Below, piece after piece: positions 19,758-28,903 of a stretch of 64,000 nucleotides of DNA (position 1 is the first letter of the stretch; each line of letters starts with the position of its first letter). Below the pieces are notes generated by a model. That model made no database searches. It was not told where the DNA came from and saw nothing but the letters and a program-made list of their open reading frames with translations. This stretch comes from Candidatus Obscuribacterales bacterium (GTDB lineage: Bacteria > Cyanobacteriota > Vampirovibrionia > Obscuribacterales > Obscuribacteraceae), in contig CBDDIJ010000002.1 in the NCBI GenBank assembly GCA_965228855.1, positions 1,984,001 through 2,048,000 of the forward strand. The letters are read 5' to 3'. Position numbers and translations under genes: made by a program.

Positions 19758-22532
19758 ATGTCGAGAAGCGCAAGACAATCGCCGACCCGCGGAGTATCTA
19801 GCTCCCGGAGATTGGAGCGGTCCAGCGCGCAGAAAAAATCGCGTCGAGGACGCGATGAAGAGCAATCTCAGGGGAATAGCGGGCGGCTAATTCCAACGAC
19901 ATCATCGCCGTCACTTCAGAACATATTTGCCGGTTTTTACAATCAGCTGCCAGCGATGCTTCGCGACTCTCTGCCATTTGGAGAAACCAACGGTGGCGGC
20001 GGCGGAGATGACGGTGACGACGGACCGCCCAAAGACAAACGCGGTGAGGCAAGCTGGCAGGATGTTTGTTTTTTGCATTCGATTCCTGGCGAGGACGAGG
20101 AAGAAGGTCTTGTAGTACTCGCCGATGGCAGTATGCGCAAATATCTCGCCGTGAAAGGCATCAACGTTCTGCTGTTCGATGACGCCGACCGTGAGCTGAT
20201 GGCGCGGCAGTTCTCCAATTTCATCAACTCATGCGAAAGCGATATTCAAATCATCATAAAATCTCGTCACTTGTCAGTCGACGAGTACCTGTCCAGGTAC
20301 CAGAAAACAATTATCAGCGACAACGAGTACTTGAAATGGTACGCCGACTACACCGATAAATGGTTCCGCCGGATTCAGGATGTATCGTTCGTCCCGCAGC
20401 GCGATTTCTACGTCGTAATCAGCTATCAGCCTCCGGACTGCAAGAGCGGTCAGGTCTGGAGCGGAAGACGGTCTATACAGAAGCACGAGGAGTATCTGGA
20501 CACGTTGAACCGTCTTCTGAAGACGGCTTTTGAGCAATTGCGTCAAGGTAACTTGCGTCCGAGAATTCTTACGCGTAAAGAAGTGCGTAATTTGATTTAC
20601 TCGGATTTGAACCCGTCGCTGGCACACCGGGACCCGGAAGCGCCGCCATCGCATCCTCAGTTGTCGGAAGCGTCTTGCCTCGCCGGAAGCGCGCTCAAAG
20701 TTCAAAACGAATATCTCTGGCTCGATGGAAAGTACATCGGCACTCAGTACATGTTCCAATTGCCGCACGATACCTGGATGGGATGGCTTGTAGACCTACT
20801 CACTCTAGGTGTCGAGTATACGATGTCGGTTTTCATTCACCAGTGCAATCAGGACAAAGTACGAGCGGATTTGAAGCGCAAATATCACCTGGGCATGGTG
20901 ACCAGTACGCAGCTTGCTACTCCTGACCTGGAGGGGCTGGAAGGCACGAGGCGAGCCGCGGCCGCTATTCAGGAATTCTTGCGCAGTTCCAATAAAGCAT
21001 TCGATTGCAGTCTCTATATTTCCAGCCAGTGTGATACCGCTGAGCAGCTCAATCACAACATGGACGAGATTCGTCGCGTGTTTAAAAACCGTGGCGCGAA
21101 CATGGACCGCGGTCAATTGCTGCAGCTCGATGCCTGGCAATCAACGCTTGCTGTGGGCGTCGACAAGCTCGCGATTATTCACCGTGTCATGTCGCCGATT
21201 GTGGGGACGATGTGGCCTTTCTTCACAGCCTCCTGCGGAACACCTGATGGGGTGCCGTTCGGCTTCGCTCTGACTTCTCGGGAGCCGGTTCTGCTCAACC
21301 CGTTCTTCCGAGGTGCGGGCAAAGACGCTAACAATATGTTCGTTGTGGGAACGACCGGTGCGGGTAAATCTTTCGCCGTGTCCATGATGATTCTCAGGCT
21401 ACTACCTATGGGCGTACGGTTCGTTTTAATAGACAAAACCGTAGACAAATTTGGTGCCTATCGGTTTATCACAGAACTTTTGGGTCCCGATCTATGTGCT
21501 TATGTAGACCTGGGTCCGAACTCAGGTTTTATGCTCAATCCGTTTGATCTTGGACCAGACGATCAGCTCAAAGGCGAGCCATCGCACGACAAAATTTCCA
21601 GTTTGCTTACTCTTCTCGACCTGATGCTGGCGCCCGAGGGCAGCGAGGAATTGAGCGTTCAAGAGAAGTCTCTTCTGGACGGTTTGATTCGCCTCTGTTA
21701 TATGGAGGCACAGCTGTCCGGCAAAGTTCCAACGATGTCCGACCTTGCAAGAGTGACAGCTCAGGCTGCTACGACGGAAGTCGATAACGTTCAACGTGAT
21801 CGCCTCGCGACCTTTGCTCGCGGTTTAAACCTGTTTACCAGAACCGGTGCATTCGGCGGTCTCGTGGATGGTCACACGAACATTGACACCGAAAAATTGT
21901 TCATCGTATTTGATACCAGAGAAGTTAACGAGCCTCGTCTGGAAAGAATCGCGGTCTTCATTCTGGCTGATTTCATCAGGCGTCGTGCTGCTGAATCGAA
22001 AGAACGCATGGTGCGTTTTGCCGCGATCATAGACGAAGCTTCGACCTTGATGCGATTCAAAGCCGGGGCGCGTCTATTGGATGACTTGTCGAGACGAGCT
22101 CGTCACTATGGGATGATGCTGGTTTCCATCACTCAGCAGTTGAAGGACTTTTTCCGGCAATCGGAGCAGGCCGATTCAGTCGTGAAAAACGCGCACATGA
22201 AAATTTTGCTGCGACAAGATCCGTCTGATTTGAAACTACTCAAAGAAGTGCTCCGGCTGCGGGATGCCGAAGTGCTTGCCATCGAAGCTTTTTCCAAAGA
22301 CGAAGAGAAGCGGAAGGAGTCTCAAGCCCTTCTAATCGTCGGCGCTGTTCACGGAACGATCCGGTTGGTGCCCTCTCCTATGGACTACTGGATCTGTACA
22401 TCGGAGCCAATCAGGGACATTCCACGACGACTGAAAATGATTCAGGAGGTTAAGGCTAAGAATCCCAAGTTAAGTCACACCGACGCGTGTCGACAAGCCG
22501 TCTATTATCTCGGCTTGCAGCACGACGGTTAG
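19758..22532 (+). CDS. VirB4/TraC-family T4SS ATPase
   Basis: Walker A NMFVVGTTGAGKS, FVLID, LNPFD, Walker B AIIDEAS, RRARHYG..LVSITQ, ILLRQ; 924 aa. Confidence 0.9.
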   Translation: MSRSARQSPTRGVSSSRRLERSSAQKKSRRGRDEEQSQGNSGRLIPTTSSPSLQNIFAGFYNQLPAMLRDSLPFGETNGGGGGDDGDDGPPKDKRGEASWQDVCFLHSIPGEDEEEGLVVLADGSMRKYLAVKGINVLLFDDADRELMARQFSNFINSCESDIQIIIKSRHLSVDEYLSRYQKTIISDNEYLKWYADYTDKWFRRIQDVSFVPQRDFYVVISYQPPDCKSGQVWSGRRSIQKHEEYLDTLNRLLKTAFEQLRQGNLRPRILTRKEVRNLIYSDLNPSLAHRDPEAPPSHPQLSEASCLAGSALKVQNEYLWLDGKYIGTQYMFQLPHDTWMGWLVDLLTLGVEYTMSVFIHQCNQDKVRADLKRKYHLGMVTSTQLATPDLEGLEGTRRAAAAIQEFLRSSNKAFDCSLYISSQCDTAEQLNHNMDEIRRVFKNRGANMDRGQLLQLDAWQSTLAVGVDKLAIIHRVMSPIVGTMWPFFTASCGTPDGVPFGFALTSREPVLLNPFFRGAGKDANNMFVVGTTGAGKSFAVSMMILRLLPMGVRFVLIDKTVDKFGAYRFITELLGPDLCAYVDLGPNSGFMLNPFDLGPDDQLKGEPSHDKISSLLTLLDLMLAPEGSEELSVQEKSLLDGLIRLCYMEAQLSGKVPTMSDLARVTAQAATTEVDNVQRDRLATFARGLNLFTRTGAFGGLVDGHTNIDTEKLFIVFDTREVNEPRLERIAVFILADFIRRRAAESKERMVRFAAIIDEASTLMRFKAGARLLDDLSRRARHYGMMLVSITQQLKDFFRQSEQADSVVKNAHMKILLRQDPSDLKLLKEVLRLRDAEVLAIEAFSKDEEKRKESQALLIVGAVHGTIRLVPSPMDYWICTSEPIRDIPRRLKMIQEVKAKNPKLSHTDACRQAVYYLGLQHDG

Positions 22533-22563
22533 TGCAACAGCCAACTAGAGGAGAGACGATCAG

Positions 22564-22779
22564 ATGATAGACAGAGAATCGTTACGCCACGTTATGGCTG
22601 CGATTATCGTTGCAGAAGAGTTGCGGGTTCCAAGTATTCGCAGCGGCGATCAGCACTTGATTGACGACCTGCTGCGCAAACAGTTTGCGCCAATGGTTCA
22701 GAACACTTACATCATCGTCGATCTCATGTTTGAAATTGCTGAGTGGCAAGCCAATCAGCGTCAGTCTCGAAACGAATAG
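22564..22779 (+). CDS. Small hypothetical protein in the T4SS-like operon
   Basis: 71 aa, GAGGAG RBS, fills the operon gap. Confidence 0.55.
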   Translation: MIDRESLRHVMAAIIVAEELRVPSIRSGDQHLIDDLLRKQFAPMVQNTYIIVDLMFEIAEWQANQRQSRNE

Positions 22780-22789
22780 ACGCCTTTTC

Positions 22790-23155
22790 ATGGAAAAAAT
22801 CTTTACTCCAAACAAATGGTTCGTGGGGTTTTGCGCCCTTCTGATCGTTGTTGTGGCGACTCTTAAATTTGTTGGTGACATGCACCTTGCTGAACTCGCA
22901 AGCGAAGTCGGAAAAGATGTTTTTATCTGGGAGTGGCCCTCGATGGGACTTAGCTCAAGATGTATGTCCATGAAATCGCACGTGCTCCGAAGAGACGCTA
23001 ACGACGCGGTCGTTGAAGTGTCGGGTCGTCAGATCATTGCTAAACTTGGACAAGATAATAAAATGAAAGAGGAAGAGCAACCAGAAGCAAAGGCCGTTCT
23101 GACGTTTTACCGCCGCAGTAACAAGTGGGAATTAGGCAAGGTGGAGCTGAAATAG
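22790..23155 (+). CDS. Bitopic protein with NTF2/cystatin-like periplasmic domain
   Basis: Start ATG 22790; N-terminal TM, then beta pattern AVVEVSG...AVLTFYRRSNKWELGKVE; stop abuts next ATG (TAGATG). Confidence 0.6.
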   Translation: MEKIFTPNKWFVGFCALLIVVVATLKFVGDMHLAELASEVGKDVFIWEWPSMGLSSRCMSMKSHVLRRDANDAVVEVSGRQIIAKLGQDNKMKEEEQPEAKAVLTFYRRSNKWELGKVELK

Positions 23156-23731
23156 ATGTACTGGAAAGTAAGAAAAGTATCGCCTGAACAATTGATGCGT
23201 CAATACGGAGTCCACATCCTCCTCGCCTGCAGTCTGGTGGGCAATTTCATGCTGTTCATCACGCGTCCCAAAAAAGAGGTCGTGACGAAGGAGCAGAAAA
23301 ACGATTTCGGCAACTTTGCCAAGCAAGTCACCACGCACCTCCTTGATACCAGTTACATAAACTACATCGAGTCGACCGCGCGGCTGCAATCAGAGTTGTC
23401 TGATTCTGTGAAGCAAAGACTGCGTGCTGATGGAATTTTGCCGGCAACGGACCAGGATTTAAAGGCTAACCATATGGAATTCAGCAAGGCACGCCGCGTT
23501 TGTGCGATGCAGTTCAAGCAGGTCGACGTCAAAGATCCGAACCAGAACGGCATGATTCCTGTTGAAGTTCAAGGTGTGGTGGCAGTCCATTCCGCCGATG
23601 AATCGGCTCAACAACCGTTCCACTTAGCCTACATGGTGGGTCTACGCAAAGGCGAGCCACCCACGCCGGTTGTCGTAAGCATGCAAGATCTGCCTCCCGC
23701 GCCTGTCGTTGAAAACGCACCACAACAATAG
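23156..23731 (+). CDS. VirB8/DotI/TcpC-like bitopic protein
   Basis: Single TM, then FAKQVTTHLLDTSYINY helix and beta strands (IPVEVQGVV...FHLAYMV), consistent with the VirB8-like NTF2 fold; last gene of operon. Confidence 0.55.
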   Translation: MYWKVRKVSPEQLMRQYGVHILLACSLVGNFMLFITRPKKEVVTKEQKNDFGNFAKQVTTHLLDTSYINYIESTARLQSELSDSVKQRLRADGILPATDQDLKANHMEFSKARRVCAMQFKQVDVKDPNQNGMIPVEVQGVVAVHSADESAQQPFHLAYMVGLRKGEPPTPVVVSMQDLPPAPVVENAPQQ

Positions 23732-23772
23732 TGCTTTGCGTTTCTACTAAATAAGACTGCTGTAGGGTGTTC

Positions 23773-25491
23773 CTATTGCATGGAAGGCGGCTTGGCCAGA
23801 TTGATTCCGGCGCCGGATTTCTGCGCCCGATCGCGAGCCCGATCTGCTTCCGCCAGCAAAGCTCCCATGTCGCCGGCGTCATCCGGATAGCATGCGATGC
23901 CGATCGAGACTGAGAGACTGGTTGATTTGTCGCCGGATTGCAATCCAGTGCTGACTAAAGATTTCAACAAACGGTCTGCCCGCCGAGCGGTTTTATCTGC
24001 GACCATGCCAGGAAGAATCACGGCAAAGTCAAAATTGTCGTAGTGCGCGACAATTCCTTTGAAATTGCAGGCTTCATCGATACGCCAGGCCAGCTCTTGA
24101 ACTTGAGCCGGCGTCAATTCCTTTTTCTCTTTCTCTCCTGCCGGTTGAACTTCCATTACCATTACGGAGAGTGGCGTTTCATGCGAACATCGGACGAGTT
24201 CCGTCAATAGGAGAAGAAAGGCGGAGTAACTATAAATTCCGGTTCTCTTTTCAAGAAGCTCACTTTTAGCCGATTCTGCTAACGCGGGATCAAAAGCTTT
24301 GCCGTGCATGACACGATCTTTGCTCGGCTTTTTGATCGAGGCGAGTTTAATCAAGTTGCATCTGAGCAGATCCGCGACGATCGGAACCCACTGACTGCGG
24401 GTCAATCCAAGCGCGCTGATGATGTCTTCGAGTGTCTTTTGCCCATCAACGGCCAGGTAAAACTGTTTCAGTTTGTCCGGGCTCAACGTAGCGCCTTGAC
24501 TAATTTCGTGTTCGAATTCAGCCTCGCTCAAGCTCGGTCTGGAGCGCCCCAGAATGGTCGCCATGCGAATTCCGGCTTGAGTTAGGTATGTGGTGTTGTC
24601 GTGTAGTAAGACGCCCTCGAGGATTATTGTGTCGAGCGGCCTGATGATTGTTTTCTCGTCTGTCCGGAGCCGAGGTTCGAATTCAAAGTCGCCTTCCAGC
24701 CAGCAAATCACCTGCAGCAGACAATCTTCACCCGTCCCCCGCGTGCCGATCGCATGTACTGGGGCACCATTCTCGAAGTAGATGTCTGCCCAGATCGTAT
24801 GCCGTTTTACCTTCAGTCTGCCAGACATAGAGCCTAAGCCGATCGACTGAAGCAGATTCGTGATGTGAACTAGCGTGAGGTTGCCCTTAAGAGTTTCTTC
24901 TTGAGGAGTCAGGACTGCATCGCCGTCGAATCGAATGCTGATGCTATCGAATGTCTGAGCGAGCTGCTGTGCTCGCACGCGCTGTTTCTCTTTATGATCG
25001 TTGAAGCTTGGTATGGCGTTGAATGTGTTCATGCCATCAGCCATGGTGGCAGCTTCCAGATCCTCGCCGAGTGAAACCAGTATGGCGTCGTAAACCTTCA
25101 GAGTGTTATCGGTTATCTGAGTCCACAGTTCCCGAGATTTGCCCTCCGGACCGAGGAGCATCTGCCACTCACAAGACTTGCCGGTGGGAGAAACATGCTT
25201 GACCGCGAGCGTAAAGTATTTGCCTTCCGGTGAGGTCCACGCAAAGTTGAAACTGACGCCACTCTCCTTGGATGCCTGGGTCAGAAAGTTTTTTATGTCG
25301 TTTATGCTCGGTCTTTCGGAGAGCTGCCTCACCCTCTGTTGACCGCCCGAATTTGTCAGCATGCTGCTAACTGCTACGTCTGAAGGACTGTCATATGCAT
25401 TGTACCCGTAGGATTTAGTCCTAGTAACGCTTTTCCCTCTTTTCTTCCGGCTTTCTGACGCCTGGCGCCTGTGAGACTCGGTTGTGATCAA
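23773..25491 (-). CDS. DUF4388 plus degenerate GGDEF-like signalling protein
   Basis: LKGNLTLVHITNLLQSI...IYFENGAPVHA...WLEGDFEF (DUF4388/PATAN-like); C-terminal TGIYS...SVSIGIACYPDD...LLAEADRA GGDEF fold with HYDNFDF at the signature position; start uncertain. Confidence 0.75.
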   Translation of the reverse strand: MITTESHRRQASESRKKRGKSVTRTKSYGYNAYDSPSDVAVSSMLTNSGGQQRVRQLSERPSINDIKNFLTQASKESGVSFNFAWTSPEGKYFTLAVKHVSPTGKSCEWQMLLGPEGKSRELWTQITDNTLKVYDAILVSLGEDLEAATMADGMNTFNAIPSFNDHKEKQRVRAQQLAQTFDSISIRFDGDAVLTPQEETLKGNLTLVHITNLLQSIGLGSMSGRLKVKRHTIWADIYFENGAPVHAIGTRGTGEDCLLQVICWLEGDFEFEPRLRTDEKTIIRPLDTIILEGVLLHDNTTYLTQAGIRMATILGRSRPSLSEAEFEHEISQGATLSPDKLKQFYLAVDGQKTLEDIISALGLTRSQWVPIVADLLRCNLIKLASIKKPSKDRVMHGKAFDPALAESAKSELLEKRTGIYSYSAFLLLLTELVRCSHETPLSVMVMEVQPAGEKEKKELTPAQVQELAWRIDEACNFKGIVAHYDNFDFAVILPGMVADKTARRADRLLKSLVSTGLQSGDKSTSLSVSIGIACYPDDAGDMGALLAEADRARDRAQKSGAGINLAKPPSMQ

Positions 25492-26933
25492 GTTGTGATG
25501 GTTGATATCTTCTCGGGCACTGAGACTATTTCCTGCGACTTTCTCAGGCGCACATAGAATTGACTGCCGATGTTTTCTCTTGAGCTGAAACCGATTGCGC
25601 CCATTTGCGCGTCAATCAGTGACTTGCATATTGATAAGCCCAAGCCGCTGCCCTGCTGCTCAGCCTGGGTCTCGCCCTGACGGAACGGCTCGAATATTCG
25701 GGCTTGGTCCTGTTCGCTGATTCCACATCCCTTGTCAATCACGCGGATCTCAACATTTGTAGAACCCATTTCTCGAACTTCAATGTCAATGGAGGAGTTG
25801 GGCGATGAGAATTTGATTGCGTTTGACAGAAGATTGACGATGACCTGCACAAGCTTTTCTTCGTCAGCCATCACTGATAGCGCTGAATGACTAAATCGAA
25901 TCTCGAGTCCTTTGAAATCGGAAAAACCAGCTACACTTTCGACCGCGTTAGTGAGGACTTTGTGGACGGAGACTGGGACCAGTTGTAGCGAAACCGTTCC
26001 CGAAGAAAGTTTTTCAAAGTTTAGAAGGTCGTTTGTCAGTCGGTTTAAACGTTCGATCGCGAGCTCCGACTTCCGGACTCGCTGCATGCCCGTTTCACTA
26101 ATTGTTCCGTAGATTCCTTCCGACAACGAATTTAGAGTTGCCAGAACGGTATTCAATGGAGTCTTTAGATCGTGGCTTACCATGCTGAGAAACTGATGTT
26201 CGCGCTCGCGTGTCTTTTGAATTGCATCGGTCATGTCTCTAAAGACTTTGTCTACCTCATTTATCTCGTCATTGCCTGAAGGCGGTGGTAGAAGTTCTTT
26301 GCCTTCTGTAAAACGCTCTCCATTAGCCACTAAAACGCGCAGTCTCGATGCGAAGTGCAATGAGAAATAGTAGATTAGAAGAACGCAGACGAGAACGTTC
26401 AACGTCAGAGCAAATCCGATCATCCTGTGAATGTTTTGCTCGGCATCCTCGAAGCTTGGCGCCTTATCCGGCGCGAGGCTCGCTTCTTCCTCTGCTAGTA
26501 GACGTTGGACATACAGTTTCAGATCAATTCGTCGTTTATATTCGTTTGCATTGGCACCACCTGTGGTGGTTGCTGCTGTTGCTGCGAGTGCGGTTTCAAA
26601 CCGCTTCAAGTCTTCAATCTGCTCGTTGTATTTTGATGACGAGCGCATAGGTCTTTGGAGTTTTGCTGTGAGAAGCGCTAGCTCTTGAGAGGGAACGTTT
26701 TCCTGCTCCAGTTTTGAAATCAAGCGTTGGCCGCCAATCAATATGCGCGCCGTGCGTTCCGATGCACGTTTCAAGGTCCGCGTCTGTTGCCATAGTGATT
26801 CGAGCACTACTACAAACAGCACCTGAAACACGAGGGGAACCGCTACTAGCAGCAGCACTTTATGCACCATCTTTATTCGCGGCATCGTCATATGCCAGTT
26901 ATGCCCCGCCGCTGTTTTTTCTCTCTTCTGCAA
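25488..26933 (-). CDS. Membrane sensor histidine kinase (HAMP-HisKA-HATPase)
   Basis: Two TMs; H-box SHDLKTPL; N-box NLLSNAIKFS; DKGCGI; GSGLGLSI. Confidence 0.95.
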   Translation of the reverse strand: MQKREKTAAGHNWHMTMPRIKMVHKVLLLVAVPLVFQVLFVVVLESLWQQTRTLKRASERTARILIGGQRLISKLEQENVPSQELALLTAKLQRPMRSSSKYNEQIEDLKRFETALAATAATTTGGANANEYKRRIDLKLYVQRLLAEEEASLAPDKAPSFEDAEQNIHRMIGFALTLNVLVCVLLIYYFSLHFASRLRVLVANGERFTEGKELLPPPSGNDEINEVDKVFRDMTDAIQKTREREHQFLSMVSHDLKTPLNTVLATLNSLSEGIYGTISETGMQRVRKSELAIERLNRLTNDLLNFEKLSSGTVSLQLVPVSVHKVLTNAVESVAGFSDFKGLEIRFSHSALSVMADEEKLVQVIVNLLSNAIKFSSPNSSIDIEVREMGSTNVEIRVIDKGCGISEQDQARIFEPFRQGETQAEQQGSGLGLSICKSLIDAQMGAIGFSSRENIGSQFYVRLRKSQEIVSVPEKISTITT

Positions 26934-27018
26934 ATTTTCAACAATTGCTCAACACCGCTTATATACATTCCGCCTATCGTCGAAATTATTATCGCCAGCG
27001 GTTTTAGCGGGGTTTGCT

Positions 27019-27945
27019 ATGTCGATTCCAGTTGTTGCAATTCTTACTTTCGCTTGTATGACGGCAGCCGGTTTACTTATCTTGAAACCGCTGGTAGCTC
27101 AGTATGTGCATTCATATTCCGTTCGCATTCGCGCGCGTCGCGATGTCGATCTAGGCTCCGCGGAGCAGCCAAAAGATTCTCGACTACTGAGCATTCTAAA
27201 ACTGGCAGGGCAGCTCACTCTGAGCGCTTTTCCGAACCTTGCCGATCGGCGAGCAGTTGCCCTTCTAACGATGGCTAATTACAGGACGCCGGATCACCTA
27301 GCCATGTTCACCGGTGTTCGCGCTTCCAGTTCCCTCAGTATCCTTCTGCTGGGGTTGCTCGCTGCTACCGGTAATCCGATCAATCTGGTATTAGCTATTC
27401 CAGCCGCAGTAGTCGCATGGCTACTTCCAAATTTCTTTTTATCGATGCGCGTTACGAAGCGGAAAGACCAGATTTTGCGTGAACTTCCAATCATCATAGA
27501 TTTGATGATCGTCTGTGCGCAAGCCGGTCTTGGATTGCTTCAGGGGTTGGATCGCATATCAAGCGAGGTTGATGAATCGTGTCCGGCTCTGACGCAAGAA
27601 ATTAAACAGATGATCAACGATATAAAGTTGTTTGCCAAATCTGCGCCGTTTGCATTGCGTGAAATGGGAGAACGGTGCGGTGTCGATGAGTTGATTAATC
27701 TGGCTTCCGCACTCATTGCTGCCGAGGCTAAGGGAGCGGACATCAGTTATCCGTTGCAACAGCAAGGTGCCGCGTTGAGGGACCGGTTGAAGCGCAAAAA
27801 GGAAGAAGAGGCTGGGAAAGTGCCGGTGAAGATGGTACCTGTGATCATGATATTTATTATGCCGCTGATTCTAGCTCCGATGTTGGGACCCGCGGTCGTT
27901 GTAATCGTTGATACCATGAAGCCTATTCTGGAGAACTTAAAATGA
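27019..27945 (+). CDS. tadC: TadC-like type II secretion system F family protein
   Basis: ELPIIIDLMIVCAQAGLGL..., ALREMGERCGVDEL, AEAKGADIS, EEEAGKVPVKM.PV..FI.P. Confidence 0.85.
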   Translation: MSIPVVAILTFACMTAAGLLILKPLVAQYVHSYSVRIRARRDVDLGSAEQPKDSRLLSILKLAGQLTLSAFPNLADRRAVALLTMANYRTPDHLAMFTGVRASSSLSILLLGLLAATGNPINLVLAIPAAVVAWLLPNFFLSMRVTKRKDQILRELPIIIDLMIVCAQAGLGLLQGLDRISSEVDESCPALTQEIKQMINDIKLFAKSAPFALREMGERCGVDELINLASALIAAEAKGADISYPLQQQGAALRDRLKRKKEEEAGKVPVKMVPVIMIFIMPLILAPMLGPAVVVIVDTMKPILENLK

Positions 27946-27960
27946 GACATGAACTTGAAT

Positions 27961-28632
27961 CTACGGCTCGAATCTGTATCCGACACCATGGACGGTGACA
28001 ATCATATGTTTGTCACCGTTTTTCCCGAGTTTGTTTCGCAATCGCGTAATGTACGACCGAATCGTGTCCGGCGACGCTTCCGTATCACTTGCCCAAACCC
28101 GTTGAATCAGTGCTTCGGCACTGAATACCTTGCCCGGGTTTCGTGCAAAAAACAGGAGCAACGAAAATTCCTTTGGAAGAAACGACACCTCGGTATCATC
28201 CTTTAAAACTCTATGTTCGTCCGGGTATATTTTCAGATTACTGATTTCCAGACATCCATCATTGACTGACGAGTTTCTCCTGAGCTGTGCTTTTACACGC
28301 ATTGACAGTTCTCGCATGTTGAACGGTTTGGTCAGGTAGTCATCCGCCCCGGCATCAAAACCAAGTTCCTTGTCATCTATTGTTTTGTTTCCGGTAAGCA
28401 TTATGATTGGAGCTTTTCCACCCTGGCGGCGAAATGTTCGCGCCACATCTATTCCGCTCACTCCCGGCAGATTTAAATCTAGAATCAGCAAATCGTACTC
28501 GCCGCTGCGCAGATAGTGCAATGCCGAAGGACCATCGTTCGCGATGTCCACTAAATAGTTTTGCGCGACAAGCCAGTCCCTCACCGCATCCGCGAAATCT
28601 TGTTGGTCTTCGACTAGCAGCAGTTTCGTCAC
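27961..28632 (-). CDS. OmpR-family response regulator
   Basis: LLVED, ILDLNLP, GADDYLTKPF, winged helix ending VHGVGYRF; GGAGG RBS. Confidence 0.95.
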   Translation of the reverse strand: MTKLLLVEDQQDFADAVRDWLVAQNYLVDIANDGPSALHYLRSGEYDLLILDLNLPGVSGIDVARTFRRQGGKAPIIMLTGNKTIDDKELGFDAGADDYLTKPFNMRELSMRVKAQLRRNSSVNDGCLEISNLKIYPDEHRVLKDDTEVSFLPKEFSLLLFFARNPGKVFSAEALIQRVWASDTEASPDTIRSYITRLRNKLGKNGDKHMIVTVHGVGYRFEP

Positions 28633-28816
28633 GGCTCGCCTCCAGTTCTGAATACTTTATCACTCAACTCGAAAAATCACCGCTGCGGGTGATCGTTGAA
28701 TGCGTGCCGACAAAAGATTTTTCAAGAATTCACGCTCAGAACGTAGCAATTCTTGGTTCCATGACCCTAATTTCGCGCCGAGTTTGGGCCAATCCACACT
28801 TGGAAAACCTATTTTA

Positions 28817-28880
28817 GAGCCAGAACCACCGCTAAATCAGGCTCCTCTTTTGGAAGAGTAGCACTGCCAGCGGTGGCTCA
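28817..28880 (-). terminator. Possible stem-loop downstream of the LysM gene
   Basis: CCACCGCT...AGCGGTGG arms enclosing CTCTT-TTGG-AAGAG. Confidence 0.3.
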
Positions 28881-28903
28881 AAGTTTTTGATTCTGGTTGT
28901 CGA

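Noticed and set aside
19758..22532. HerA/FtsK defence ATPase or VirD4
   Set aside because: No N-terminal TMs or partner nuclease; the long N-terminal region and PrgI-like neighbour fit VirB4 better.
1..23731. Calling the locus an ICE or conjugative element
   Set aside because: No integrase, relaxase, coupling protein, tRNA target or att repeats seen; the left side is truncated, so it is not fully excluded.
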